From NCBI GenBank assembly GCA_043814055.1, contig JBDRKL010000010.1, forward strand, positions 1 through 64,000: DNA of 64,000 nt, given 5' to 3'. This stretch comes from an archaeon. GTDB taxonomy: Archaea > Undinarchaeota > Undinarchaeia > Undinarchaeales > JBDRKL01. The notes beneath the pieces are model-generated. The model had not been told where the DNA came from and did no database searches. It saw nothing but the letters and a program-made list of their open reading frames with translations. The translations under genes were made by a program, and so were the position numbers. The stretch's first letter is position 1, and each line of letters begins with the position of its first letter. Of the stretch, positions 45,084 through 53,710 are shown piece by piece.

Positions 45084-45751
45084 TGGTAAAATGGCATTCA
45101 CTTTCTGAGGACGACACAATTGAAAAAATGAATTCAAGCAAAAGCGGCTTGGACTCAAAAGAAGCAGCCGAGCGGCTCAAGGTATATGACCCAAACCTTC
45201 TTGAGGTCGGCGACAAAGTTCCTGCAGACGCGCGCATAATTGAGCAGAGCAACCTGCACCTTGACGAGGCAATGCTTACAGGCGAGTCAGTGCCGGTATG
45301 CAAGACTGCAAAGGCAATCAATAAAGAAAATGCAATCCTGGTCGAGCGCAAGAACATAGCCCATATGGGCACTGTGGTCACGAACGGCTGCTGCGAAGCC
45401 GTTGTAATCGGCACGGGAATGAAAACAGAGATGGGCAAGATTGCAAAGCTGATACAGGATGTTGAGGAAATGCAGACGCCTCTCCAAGTTAAGCTTCGCG
45501 ACCTTGGAAAACAGCTTGGCATTATAATACTTGGAATCTGCGCGGTTGTGTTCTTCTCAAACAAGTTCCTGCTGCTTGCAATTGCAGTGTCACCAATAGG
45601 CCAAATATTGATACTTTACGTGCCCATGTTCCAGTTGGCATTCCACACAATGGCAATGGGCTTGTACGACTGGCTGCTCATCATAGCTGTTGCAAGCACT
45701 GGCTTCATCTATCTTGAAGCTTATAAAGCAATTAGTCTTAGGAGGAAGTGA
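45083..45751 (+). pseudogene. Internally deleted P-type IIA (Ca2+-type) ATPase remnant with intact reading frame
   Basis: N-terminal WHSL..GL...EAAERL..Y.PN, actuator GDKVPADAR/LTGES, TPLQ plus one TM, then C-terminal FSNKFL...ILYVP. No DKTGT or GDGxND. Confidence 0.8.
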
Positions 45752-46668
45752 GTAACTTGAACTCTCTAACTTTCATCTACTTTGCAATCGGCTTAGTTGC
45801 TCTTATCAAAGGCGCGGACATATTCACTAACAGCGCGTCAAAGATTGCAAGGCACTACGGCCTCTCCGAGCTCGTTATAGGGCTTACCCTGGTTGCATTT
45901 GCAACTTCCCTGCCTGAGCTTGCAGTATCCGCCACTGCATCATTTTTTCATTCCTATGAAATAGCACTTGGCAATGTAATCGGCTCAAACATCGCCAATG
46001 TTGGCCTTGTTATTGGGCTCTCTGCTCTGGCTTTTCCAATTGTCGCGCGGTCTGAGGAAATTTCAGAATGTCTTGTGATGATTGGCGTTCTTATGGTGGC
46101 TTCAATTTTATTCATCTTTGGCCTGGTATTCTGGGAAGGCATTCTGCTTGTGATGTTCCTTTTTGCCTATGTCTGGAGCGCGCTGCGTGAGCACAAGCGC
46201 ATCCTAGGGAAGAAAATCAAGACTAACATGTCAAAAAACATTATTCTCTGCCTAATCGGCGTTGCAGGCGTGGTAGCTGGCAGCCGATTTGTTGTTATAT
46301 CATCTGTTGAAATAGCCAGATGGGCTGGCATATCTGAAATGGTTATCGGGATGACACTTATCGCAATAGGGACGTCCCTGCCTGAGCTGGCAACCTCGTT
46401 TGTCGCCGCGTTCAGGGGTATGCGAGAGCTTGCATTGGGCAACATCATAGGCAGCAACGTGTTCAACATCTCAGCTGTTCTCGGCATTTCAGCGCTCTTA
46501 AACCCAATACCAGTTGCTTCAAGCGTTCTAATGTTTGACGTTCCAATAATGATTGCTTTCTCAGTTCTAATGCTAATTTTTATGTGGACGCGAAAGAAGA
46601 TAGGCCGGATTGAAGGTGGAATCTTGCTCCTGCTTTACCTTGGGTTCTTGTGTATGAATTTCCTCTAA
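45748..46668 (+). CDS. Ca2+/Na+ antiporter (YrbG family)
   Basis: Two alpha repeats: ATSLPE...GNVIGSN and GTSLPE...GNIIGSN. Confidence 0.92.
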   Translation: MSNLNSLTFIYFAIGLVALIKGADIFTNSASKIARHYGLSELVIGLTLVAFATSLPELAVSATASFFHSYEIALGNVIGSNIANVGLVIGLSALAFPIVARSEEISECLVMIGVLMVASILFIFGLVFWEGILLVMFLFAYVWSALREHKRILGKKIKTNMSKNIILCLIGVAGVVAGSRFVVISSVEIARWAGISEMVIGMTLIAIGTSLPELATSFVAAFRGMRELALGNIIGSNVFNISAVLGISALLNPIPVASSVLMFDVPIMIAFSVLMLIFMWTRKKIGRIEGGILLLLYLGFLCMNFL

Positions 46669-47570
46669 AGCAGCGGCGTAACATACACTTCAATGTATGA
46701 TCCAAATATTATCAGCGCAATCGCAAGCCCAAGCAGAAGCCCAACATCCATTATTACCCGCGTAAAATGTTTTGTCCTATAATGACGCCTTACTATTGAT
46801 GCTGAAAATATTCCTCCTGCAATTGCTCCGACAAAGTAGCCGAGCACTTCAAAGATTCCGTGCACAAAGAAAGAGAAGAAGCTGATTGGGAAGCCAGTGA
46901 AGTATGTCGCGGTTTTCAGGAATATGGAAGCTGTTGCTCCAACCATTCCGCGAATTAGGTTGCCTATGGCAACTCCAACCACCGCAGCGTTCCAAGTGAG
47001 AAGAAGTATTGCGCCTGCGCCGAAGACAAAGGCGAACGCCATAAAGAGGAAGAGTAGCCTCAGGTTGTTGAGCATTATGAGCTTTAGCATCGTGCCCTTG
47101 TTCGCAAACATCGCAGTCACTGCCATTCCGCTGGTCCCTATCAAGCTCCCAACTATTGTGGTCCGCAGGCTCTGTATCCTGAGCACCTCTGTTATCTGGT
47201 CTGAGAATAATACCTGGACTAAGTGGTAGGGTAGCACGGTGAACCAGAAAGAAACCGCGATTATCATTCCAAAGAACATGAACATGTACAGAAATATGAC
47301 ATCTGTGTGCCGCCCAAGTAAAGTTCCCTTGTCCACGAGCATTTCTTTTTCCTCTCTCATTAAAACCCTGTTGAGCAGCTGAACAAGCGCAAGCGAGGTC
47401 AGGAACAGGAACCACGCGTTTATGTGCCCTGGGAATATGTATGTCGGCAGCCACTTTGACATCAGAAATGCTATAAAGAGCGATATGGTTGAAACTACAA
47501 AGCCCCAGAGTACCATATCTATTGGATGTCTTTCTGCTTTTTCCGCCCCGAGTAAGTCTTCAAGTACCAT
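46665..47570 (-). CDS. SpoIIM-like membrane protein
   Basis: NNL, FGAGAILLLTWNA, HGIFEV and AIAGGIFS. Confidence 0.75.
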   Translation of the reverse strand: MVLEDLLGAEKAERHPIDMVLWGFVVSTISLFIAFLMSKWLPTYIFPGHINAWFLFLTSLALVQLLNRVLMREEKEMLVDKGTLLGRHTDVIFLYMFMFFGMIIAVSFWFTVLPYHLVQVLFSDQITEVLRIQSLRTTIVGSLIGTSGMAVTAMFANKGTMLKLIMLNNLRLLFLFMAFAFVFGAGAILLLTWNAAVVGVAIGNLIRGMVGATASIFLKTATYFTGFPISFFSFFVHGIFEVLGYFVGAIAGGIFSASIVRRHYRTKHFTRVIMDVGLLLGLAIALIIFGSYIEVYVTPLL

Positions 47571-48323
47571 TTAAGCTCCTAGTATGTACGCCTTCGCCAG
47601 CGCGCTTATCACGACGAGCACGACAGCAAAGAATATCATTATCATGACATCCAGCAATATGTGCGGAAATGCCTTAGTCTTGTAATGCTTCCGGATTATC
47701 GCGGCGGAGAGCATTCCTCCTGCTATCGCGCCAAGGGAGTAGCCCATTATTTCAGGAATTTCATAAAGCAGGACTCCTCCAATACTAACTCCAGCGTAGG
47801 ACTTTCTGATTATGCTTCCTATGAGCGCTGCGGTTATGGATGCATCCCACGCGAGCAAAAGGATTGCGCCTGCGCCGAACACGAACGCGATAAGTATGAA
47901 TGCAGAAAGTATCTTGAGATTCGTAAGCAATGCCAAGCTTGGGTCAACCGTGGTTGTTAACAAAGCGAGCTGATTGTTGAACAAGATTGCCCGCACAGCG
48001 TCCGGCACGAACAGGAACCACGCGGTGAATGAGGTCAACATTCCAAAGAACAGGAACACGTAATCGCTTATGACGTCAGCGTGCCGCTTAAAAAGTGATT
48101 TTTCCTTTATGTCAAATTCTTCCTGCTCTTCCCTAACCAGCACTCTATGTATGAGCGGCGCGAGCGCGAGCGTTGTGAGAAATATTGACCAGCTGCTGGA
48201 GCCATTTGGAAATATATAATAAGCCAGCCAGGTGCCAAGTGAGGATACGAACAGCCCGAGGATGAACATGTCCCAAGGATGCCTTCTTATCTCATTGCTT
48301 GTGAAGAGTGATTCAAGTACCAT
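47571..48323 (-). CDS. SpoIIM-like membrane protein, tandem paralog
   Basis: MVLE.L, FGAGAILLLAWDAS and PEIMGY..GAIAGG. Confidence 0.75.
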   Translation of the reverse strand: MVLESLFTSNEIRRHPWDMFILGLFVSSLGTWLAYYIFPNGSSSWSIFLTTLALAPLIHRVLVREEQEEFDIKEKSLFKRHADVISDYVFLFFGMLTSFTAWFLFVPDAVRAILFNNQLALLTTTVDPSLALLTNLKILSAFILIAFVFGAGAILLLAWDASITAALIGSIIRKSYAGVSIGGVLLYEIPEIMGYSLGAIAGGMLSAAIIRKHYKTKAFPHILLDVMIMIFFAVVLVVISALAKAYILGA

Positions 48324-48467
48324 TTAGAGCACCGCAAATTTTATTATCACGTACGCGAGCGCAAGGGTGACAGCCCAGAATACGACTTTCATGCTGGCTT
48401 TGAGCGCTTTGTACATGAAAAGCCCTCCAAAGCCAATTACTGCAAGGAATATCACGAGGTCAATCAT
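48324..48467 (-). CDS. Small two-TM membrane protein (47 aa, not in the ORF track)
   Basis: MIDLVIFLAVIGFGGLFMYKALKASMKVVFWAVTLALAYVIIKFAVL*. Its stop abuts the next ATG, and a TTATATA box lies about 30 nt upstream. Confidence 0.6.
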   Translation of the reverse strand: MIDLVIFLAVIGFGGLFMYKALKASMKVVFWAVTLALAYVIIKFAVL

Positions 48468-48526
48468 ACAAGCGCTTTTAGGCAAAGAGCCTCATATATA
48501 AGTTTCGCTCCGTGGTATGCAGTGAT

Positions 48527-50488
48527 TTATTTGCCAACTAGCCTGTCGTGCTCAGCAACCAGCTTGTCCACAACACTTGGGTCTGCTAGCGTGCTTGTGT
48601 CCCCAATCTGGTCCTCTTCATTCGTTGCAATCTTGCGCAGGATTCTCCTCATAATCTTGCCACTACGCGTCTTCGGCAGTGACGGTGCGAACTGGATTAC
48701 GTCCGGCTTTGCAATCGGTCCAATCTCTGTCCTGACGTGTCCTTGCAGCTCCTTTGCCAGCTCATCGCTCGGCTCCCTGCCAGTCTTCAGCGTGACATAC
48801 GCGTAAATCGCCTCGCCCTTGATGTCGTGTGGCATTGGCACAACAGCGGCCTCTGCGACAGCGTCGTGCGAAACAAGCGCAGATTCAACTTCTGCAGTTC
48901 CCATCCTATGTCCTGACACATTCATAACATCGTCAACGCGACCCATTAGCCAGTAATAACCGTCGTCATCCTTCCTTGCGCTGTCCCCTGTAAAATATAG
49001 CCCTGGGAACATCTTGAAGTATGTGTCCCTAAAGCGTTGTTTGTCCTTATAGACTGTGCGCATCATACTTGGCCACGGCTTCTTTATCATAAGGTAGCCG
49101 CTCTCATTTGCTGCAACTTCCTCGCCCTTGTCATTTATTACTATTGGCTCAATCCCTGGGAACGGGAATGTTGCTGAACCAGGCTTGAGCGGAGTTGCTC
49201 CAGGCAGCGGTGTTATGAGTATTCCGCCTGTCTCGGTCTGCCACCAGGTGTCCAAGATTGGGCATCGCTCCTTTCCAACGTGCTTGTAATACCAGCGCCA
49301 CGCCTCTGGGTTTATCGGTTCTCCAACCGAGCCAAGTATCCTGAGTGTTTTCATCTCGTGCTTGTCCGGCCAGGTCTCTCCATCTTTCATAAGTGCCCTA
49401 ATTGCTGTCGGCGCAGTGTAGAATACCGTGACACCATATTTCTCAACAATCTTCCAGGCTCTGTCAGGCTCTGGGTAATTTGGTACTGACTCAAACATTA
49501 TGCTTGTTGCGCCTGCACACAGCGGACCGTAAATAATGTAGCTGTGTCCTGTAATCCAGCCAATGTCTGCTGTGCACCAATAAACATCATTGTCCTTGTG
49601 GTCAAAAATCCACTTGAACGTGAGCGTTGTGTAAAGCATGTAGCCGCCGGTTGTGTGCAGAACTCCTTTTGGCTTGCCTGTGCTTCCGCTCGTGTACAGT
49701 ATGAACAATGGGTCTTCTGCGTCCATTTCCTCAGCAACGCACTCTTCGCTCTGCTCTGCAATTGCATCGTGCCACCAGACATCCTTCTCGCTCATCTCAA
49801 CATCAAGCCCGTCTTCTATGCGCTTCGCGACAACAACTTTTTCAATTGAAGGGCAGTTCGCGACAGCTGTGTCAGCGATCTGCTTTGCGTTTATGACCTT
49901 GCCTGCGCGGTAGTATCCGTTCGCTGTGAGCAGGACTTTGCACTTGCTGTCATTTATCCTGTTTGAGAGGGATTCAGCGCTGAACCCGCCGAAAACTATG
50001 TTGTGTATGGCTCCAATGCGGGCGCACGCGAGCATTCCTATAGCGAGCTCAGGAATCATCGGCATGTAAATTGCAACTCGATCGCCTTTCTGCACGCCCA
50101 TTCCCTTGAGCGCGTTGGCGAACTTGCATACCTCCTTGTGAAGCTCCGCGTAAGTGTATTTCTTCTCTGCGCCTGCCTCAGGCTCCCAAATAATCGCTGT
50201 CTTGTCCTTGTTGGAACCCTCTAAGTGCTTGTCCAGGCAGTTGTATGCTGCGTTGAGCTTGCCGCCCTCAAACCATGTGCACTCTGCCGTGTCCGGATTC
50301 CAGGAGTGGACATTGTCCCATTTCTTGAACCAGTGCAGGGTTTCCCCTGCCTTTTCAGCCCAGAACTTCTCAGGATCTGCGATTGACTCATCATAAATCT
50401 TCTGATATTCCTCCATGCTCTTGATGTGCGCGTTTGCGCTCAGCTCAGCCGGGGGGTTGAATATTTTTTCATTTGTTTCTTCTGTCAT
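48527..50488 (-). CDS. acs: Acetyl-CoA synthetase (AMP-forming)
   Basis: YTSGSTGKPKG, ADIGWITGHSY, DTWWQTETG and LPKTRSGKIMRR. Confidence 0.97.
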   Translation of the reverse strand: MTEETNEKIFNPPAELSANAHIKSMEEYQKIYDESIADPEKFWAEKAGETLHWFKKWDNVHSWNPDTAECTWFEGGKLNAAYNCLDKHLEGSNKDKTAIIWEPEAGAEKKYTYAELHKEVCKFANALKGMGVQKGDRVAIYMPMIPELAIGMLACARIGAIHNIVFGGFSAESLSNRINDSKCKVLLTANGYYRAGKVINAKQIADTAVANCPSIEKVVVAKRIEDGLDVEMSEKDVWWHDAIAEQSEECVAEEMDAEDPLFILYTSGSTGKPKGVLHTTGGYMLYTTLTFKWIFDHKDNDVYWCTADIGWITGHSYIIYGPLCAGATSIMFESVPNYPEPDRAWKIVEKYGVTVFYTAPTAIRALMKDGETWPDKHEMKTLRILGSVGEPINPEAWRWYYKHVGKERCPILDTWWQTETGGILITPLPGATPLKPGSATFPFPGIEPIVINDKGEEVAANESGYLMIKKPWPSMMRTVYKDKQRFRDTYFKMFPGLYFTGDSARKDDDGYYWLMGRVDDVMNVSGHRMGTAEVESALVSHDAVAEAAVVPMPHDIKGEAIYAYVTLKTGREPSDELAKELQGHVRTEIGPIAKPDVIQFAPSLPKTRSGKIMRRILRKIATNEEDQIGDTSTLADPSVVDKLVAEHDRLVGK

Positions 50489-50553
50489 TTAATTATACCT
50501 CTAGATTGTGATTTTTATGTTTTTATTAAGAATAGTATAAATAAGTTGTGCGG

Positions 50554-51117
50554 TTACTTGACCAACTCGCTAATCTTTTTGAACTCATCATTCCCAGCCT
50601 CTTTAATCAGCTGGAACAGAATCATTTCAGTTGAAGCAATAAAACATCCAGATTGTCGCATTCTTTCCAAAGCGATTTGCGTGTTCTCTGCAGTTCTTGA
50701 AGATGTTGCGTCTGCAATCACGTGAACTTCCTTTCCAAGCGCGAGCGCGTCCAGCGCGGTTTTTAAAACGCAAACGTGCGCTTCAACCCCGAACAAAACA
50801 AGCGTTTCAATCTCAGCGGGAATGCTTGTATCAATCTCCTCAAGCTTTTTAGAAAAGGAATCGCAGTCAAAGCAGGAGAAGGAGATTTTTTCAATAACTT
50901 CCTGGTTCTCCGGTAGTTCAAGCACGGTTTTGCCCAGGCCTTTCGGGTACTGCTCGGTCACGATGAGCGGGATGTTCAGAATTTCAGAAGCTTTGATTAA
51001 AATCTCCGCGTTCTTCTTAATCTTTTCAAACTCGTTAATAACTGGCTCAAATTTCTCCTGAAGGTCAATCAGGACAAATGCGGTTTTCTCGCGTTTTAGG
51101 ATTCCAATTTTACTCAT
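50554..51117 (-). CDS. Isochorismatase-family hydrolase
   Basis: IDLQEK, TEQYPKGLG and GVEAHVCV. Confidence 0.9.
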   Translation of the reverse strand: MSKIGILKREKTAFVLIDLQEKFEPVINEFEKIKKNAEILIKASEILNIPLIVTEQYPKGLGKTVLELPENQEVIEKISFSCFDCDSFSKKLEEIDTSIPAEIETLVLFGVEAHVCVLKTALDALALGKEVHVIADATSSRTAENTQIALERMRQSGCFIASTEMILFQLIKEAGNDEFKKISELVK

Positions 51118-51156
51118 ACAACTAATCTAATCTTCAATCCTTAAATAATTCTCGCT

Positions 51157-51606
51157 TTACGCAGCCGGCACTATTCTTTCAATCCACTTCTTGTCCGCGT
51201 AGAACCGAACATCCAGCTCAACCCCTGAGTCAAGGTCTGCCTCGTCAATCTCTTCCGGGACAATGAGCTCGTAGGTTTCAAATGTCTCAAGGTTCATCAG
51301 CTGAACTCTTGCCAGCTCGTTCGGCACGTTCGGGTCGTTGTGCTTCACGCTTGGAATGACTGAAAGAACCTGCGCCCGCTCTTTTTCAATAACCGGCTTT
51401 TCCATTTCCTTGTGGCCTGAGTAGGTCACTTCGCCGCCGCTACCTGTGAGTAGGTTGTTATACATTATGCGCACTTTGGCGTGGCCGTGCTTGCCTGGGG
51501 CTGATGTGCTTAGGTTCTTCACCTTGAAGATTTCATCGCCCTGTCCCTCTAGTAGTATTAAATCGCCTGGTTTCAATCTTGTTGCTGGTACTCCGCTTGT
51601 TGTCAT
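51157..51606 (-). CDS. eif5a: Translation factor aIF5A
   Basis: STSAPGKHGHAK hypusine motif and QLMNLETFET. Confidence 0.9.
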   Translation of the reverse strand: MTTSGVPATRLKPGDLILLEGQGDEIFKVKNLSTSAPGKHGHAKVRIMYNNLLTGSGGEVTYSGHKEMEKPVIEKERAQVLSVIPSVKHNDPNVPNELARVQLMNLETFETYELIVPEEIDEADLDSGVELDVRFYADKKWIERIVPAA

Positions 51607-51681
51607 AGTGGACTTTGATTTATCTCAGTGGTATAAAAAGGTTTAGGCGGATTTAAATATGCACTCAACTTAGTTCTGCTT

Positions 51682-52569
51682 ATGTGGATTTACTACGTGC
51701 TACTGGCAGTAATGATGTGGTCTGTGAGCGACACCATAGCCAAGATAATGATTGACCACTTTGTAAAGCACCCGTTTAACCTGCTTATGTTCATTGGTTT
51801 GACTGCAGGGGGCGTTTCCCTTGCAACTGGTATGGTGGCGGGCGGTTTCTCAGCCCCGTGGCCTGCCCCGGTTGCACTGGCTGGTGGCCTGCTATGGTTT
51901 CTTGGCTCAACAACCTATATGAAGGCGCTTGAAGTTGAGGAGCTTTCAAGAGTTGCTCCACTTATTTTCATAAAGCCAATAGTTGTGCTGGTAATTGCAT
52001 ACTTCCTGCTCGGCGAGGTGTTCACACTGCCAAAATACGCAGGCATCGCAGTCCTCTTAGTAGGTGCAGTGCTTCTGACACTCAGAAGAGAGGGGAATCT
52101 GCTCAAGAAAAGCTCTGCAATAAAATACGTCGCCGGATTCGTGCTTGCCTGGGGACTGCTTGACGTGTTCGCAAAATATTACCTTGACAATTACGTGTCT
52201 TTCCTGGGCTGGATAACCTACTTCCTGATGGGCATTGCGCTGAGCACTTCTGTGTTCTGGCTCTCAAAGGAAATGCGCGCAGGCTTTTTTGTCTCGTTCA
52301 GCCCGCCAAAAGTTTTCATTGCCGAGCTTGTTGGTGCGCTGTTCATAATGCTCGCGATGTTCCCGTTCGCATACGCGCTCACTCTTGGGCCTGTCACGCT
52401 CATCTCTGCTGCGAACGCGACCCAGACGCTTTTCACTGTTCTGCTGGCTAGCGCAGTGACACTTTTTATGCCGAAGATGCTCAGCGAGGGCATTGACAAA
52501 AAATCAATCCTGTTAAAGTTCATTGCAGTTGCATTGATAATCCTTGGAGTTTACCTGGTGAGCATATGA
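51682..52569 (+). CDS. EamA/DMT-family transporter
   Basis: About 10 TM helices, duplicated halves and LLGE motif. Confidence 0.85.
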   Translation: MWIYYVLLAVMMWSVSDTIAKIMIDHFVKHPFNLLMFIGLTAGGVSLATGMVAGGFSAPWPAPVALAGGLLWFLGSTTYMKALEVEELSRVAPLIFIKPIVVLVIAYFLLGEVFTLPKYAGIAVLLVGAVLLTLRREGNLLKKSSAIKYVAGFVLAWGLLDVFAKYYLDNYVSFLGWITYFLMGIALSTSVFWLSKEMRAGFFVSFSPPKVFIAELVGALFIMLAMFPFAYALTLGPVTLISAANATQTLFTVLLASAVTLFMPKMLSEGIDKKSILLKFIAVALIILGVYLVSI

Positions 52570-53000
52570 AACTGGTGCTTGACGCCTCGGCGATCATAAA
52601 TGGCTTCAGCGAAGAAGGCGAGCTAATGACCACGCTTGCGGTTTCAAAAGAAATAGGCGACCGAGATATCGGTGAGGTTGTAGTGCGGAACCCTAAAGAG
52701 GAATTCGTGCAAATTGTGGCTGAAAAAGTGAAAGAAAAGAACGACAACCTCTCAGAGCAGGACATCGGACTGCTCGCGCTCGCTCTTGAGTTCAAAGCGC
52801 AAGTAGTCACGGACGACTACGGCATACAGAACATCGCGAAGCTTTTAGGCATCAAGTTTATTCCAATTGCTCAGGAAGGAATCAAGGAAGTTCTCAAATG
52901 GCAATATTACTGCCCAGGGTGCAGAAAGCACTACAAACAAGACGGGGTTTGCGGGGTTTGCGGGACTGGGCTGAAGCGGAGAGCCAAGGAAAGTATATAA
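52566..53000 (+). CDS. nob1: Nob1 endonuclease (PIN plus Zn ribbon)
   Basis: VLDASA, LSEQDIGLLALA, TDDYGIQN and CPGC...CGVCG. Confidence 0.93.
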   Translation: MKLVLDASAIINGFSEEGELMTTLAVSKEIGDRDIGEVVVRNPKEEFVQIVAEKVKEKNDNLSEQDIGLLALALEFKAQVVTDDYGIQNIAKLLGIKFIPIAQEGIKEVLKWQYYCPGCRKHYKQDGVCGVCGTGLKRRAKESI

Positions 53001-53032
53001 ACAGTGGAGGTCATCTTTTTTTGGGAGCAAGA

Positions 53033-53710
53033 ATGGTCAAACTATGTAGTAATGCGTATGCTGGGTTTTTTCCCAGATTGCTAGGCATTTTAATGCTCTT
53101 TTCCCTGTTATTACAATTGCCGGTTCTAGCAGCTGATTCCCCTGCTGGCACTTCGCTTGAAGCATCCCCGGGCAATACCCTTGATCTTAGCCTTAACTCT
53201 GTGCCATACACCCTAACTATTACAGAAGTTGATGTCAGCTCTGTCACATTGACAATTAGGTCAGAAACTACCAAGATGTTCGTGAAGTTTTTTGACAGCA
53301 TAACGCTGGACATTGATGAGGACTCTGTGAACGACCTGAGCCTTGTGATAGAAAGCACCCAAGACGGCAAATCGCTCCTAAGAATAGAGGAATTAAATCC
53401 CAGTATCACAGAGAGCAGCAGCTTAACCGGCTCTTTAACCCAATTAAGCAGAAAGGCCATAAATACCATCATCAAAAAAGTGGCAGTACCATTACAGGGC
53501 TTGGACACAGAAAGAAGCGAGAGGGTATTAAGTAATGGGCAAGCAGAAGCTGGCGCAGCGCACACCCCAACGGGCATGATATCTTTGCTTGGGCTAGGGT
53601 TGAGCGCAGGCGCAGTAATCGGCGCAGCGCTATTGATAGGGTTGCTGGTAGCGATGAGGGAAAAAAGTTTCAAGGAAACCAGAGAAGGCAGGACGGGGGG
53701 AGTTAAATGA
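53033..53710 (+). CDS. Secreted, C-terminally anchored surface protein
   Basis: Start ATG 53033. Signal peptide, a beta domain shared with 2588 and 11935 (LDIDEDSVNDLSL) and TPTG before a C-terminal TM. Confidence 0.7.
   Translation: MVKLCSNAYAGFFPRLLGILMLFSLLLQLPVLAADSPAGTSLEASPGNTLDLSLNSVPYTLTITEVDVSSVTLTIRSETTKMFVKFFDSITLDIDEDSVNDLSLVIESTQDGKSLLRIEELNPSITESSSLTGSLTQLSRKAINTIIKKVAVPLQGLDTERSERVLSNGQAEAGAAHTPTGMISLLGLGLSAGAVIGAALLIGLLVAMREKSFKETREGRTGGVK

Noticed and set aside
40894-53673. Long antisense or off-frame ORFs such as 40894-41508, 44012-44737, 46849-47454 and 53011-53673
   Set aside because: They overlap well-supported genes and have no recognisable motifs.
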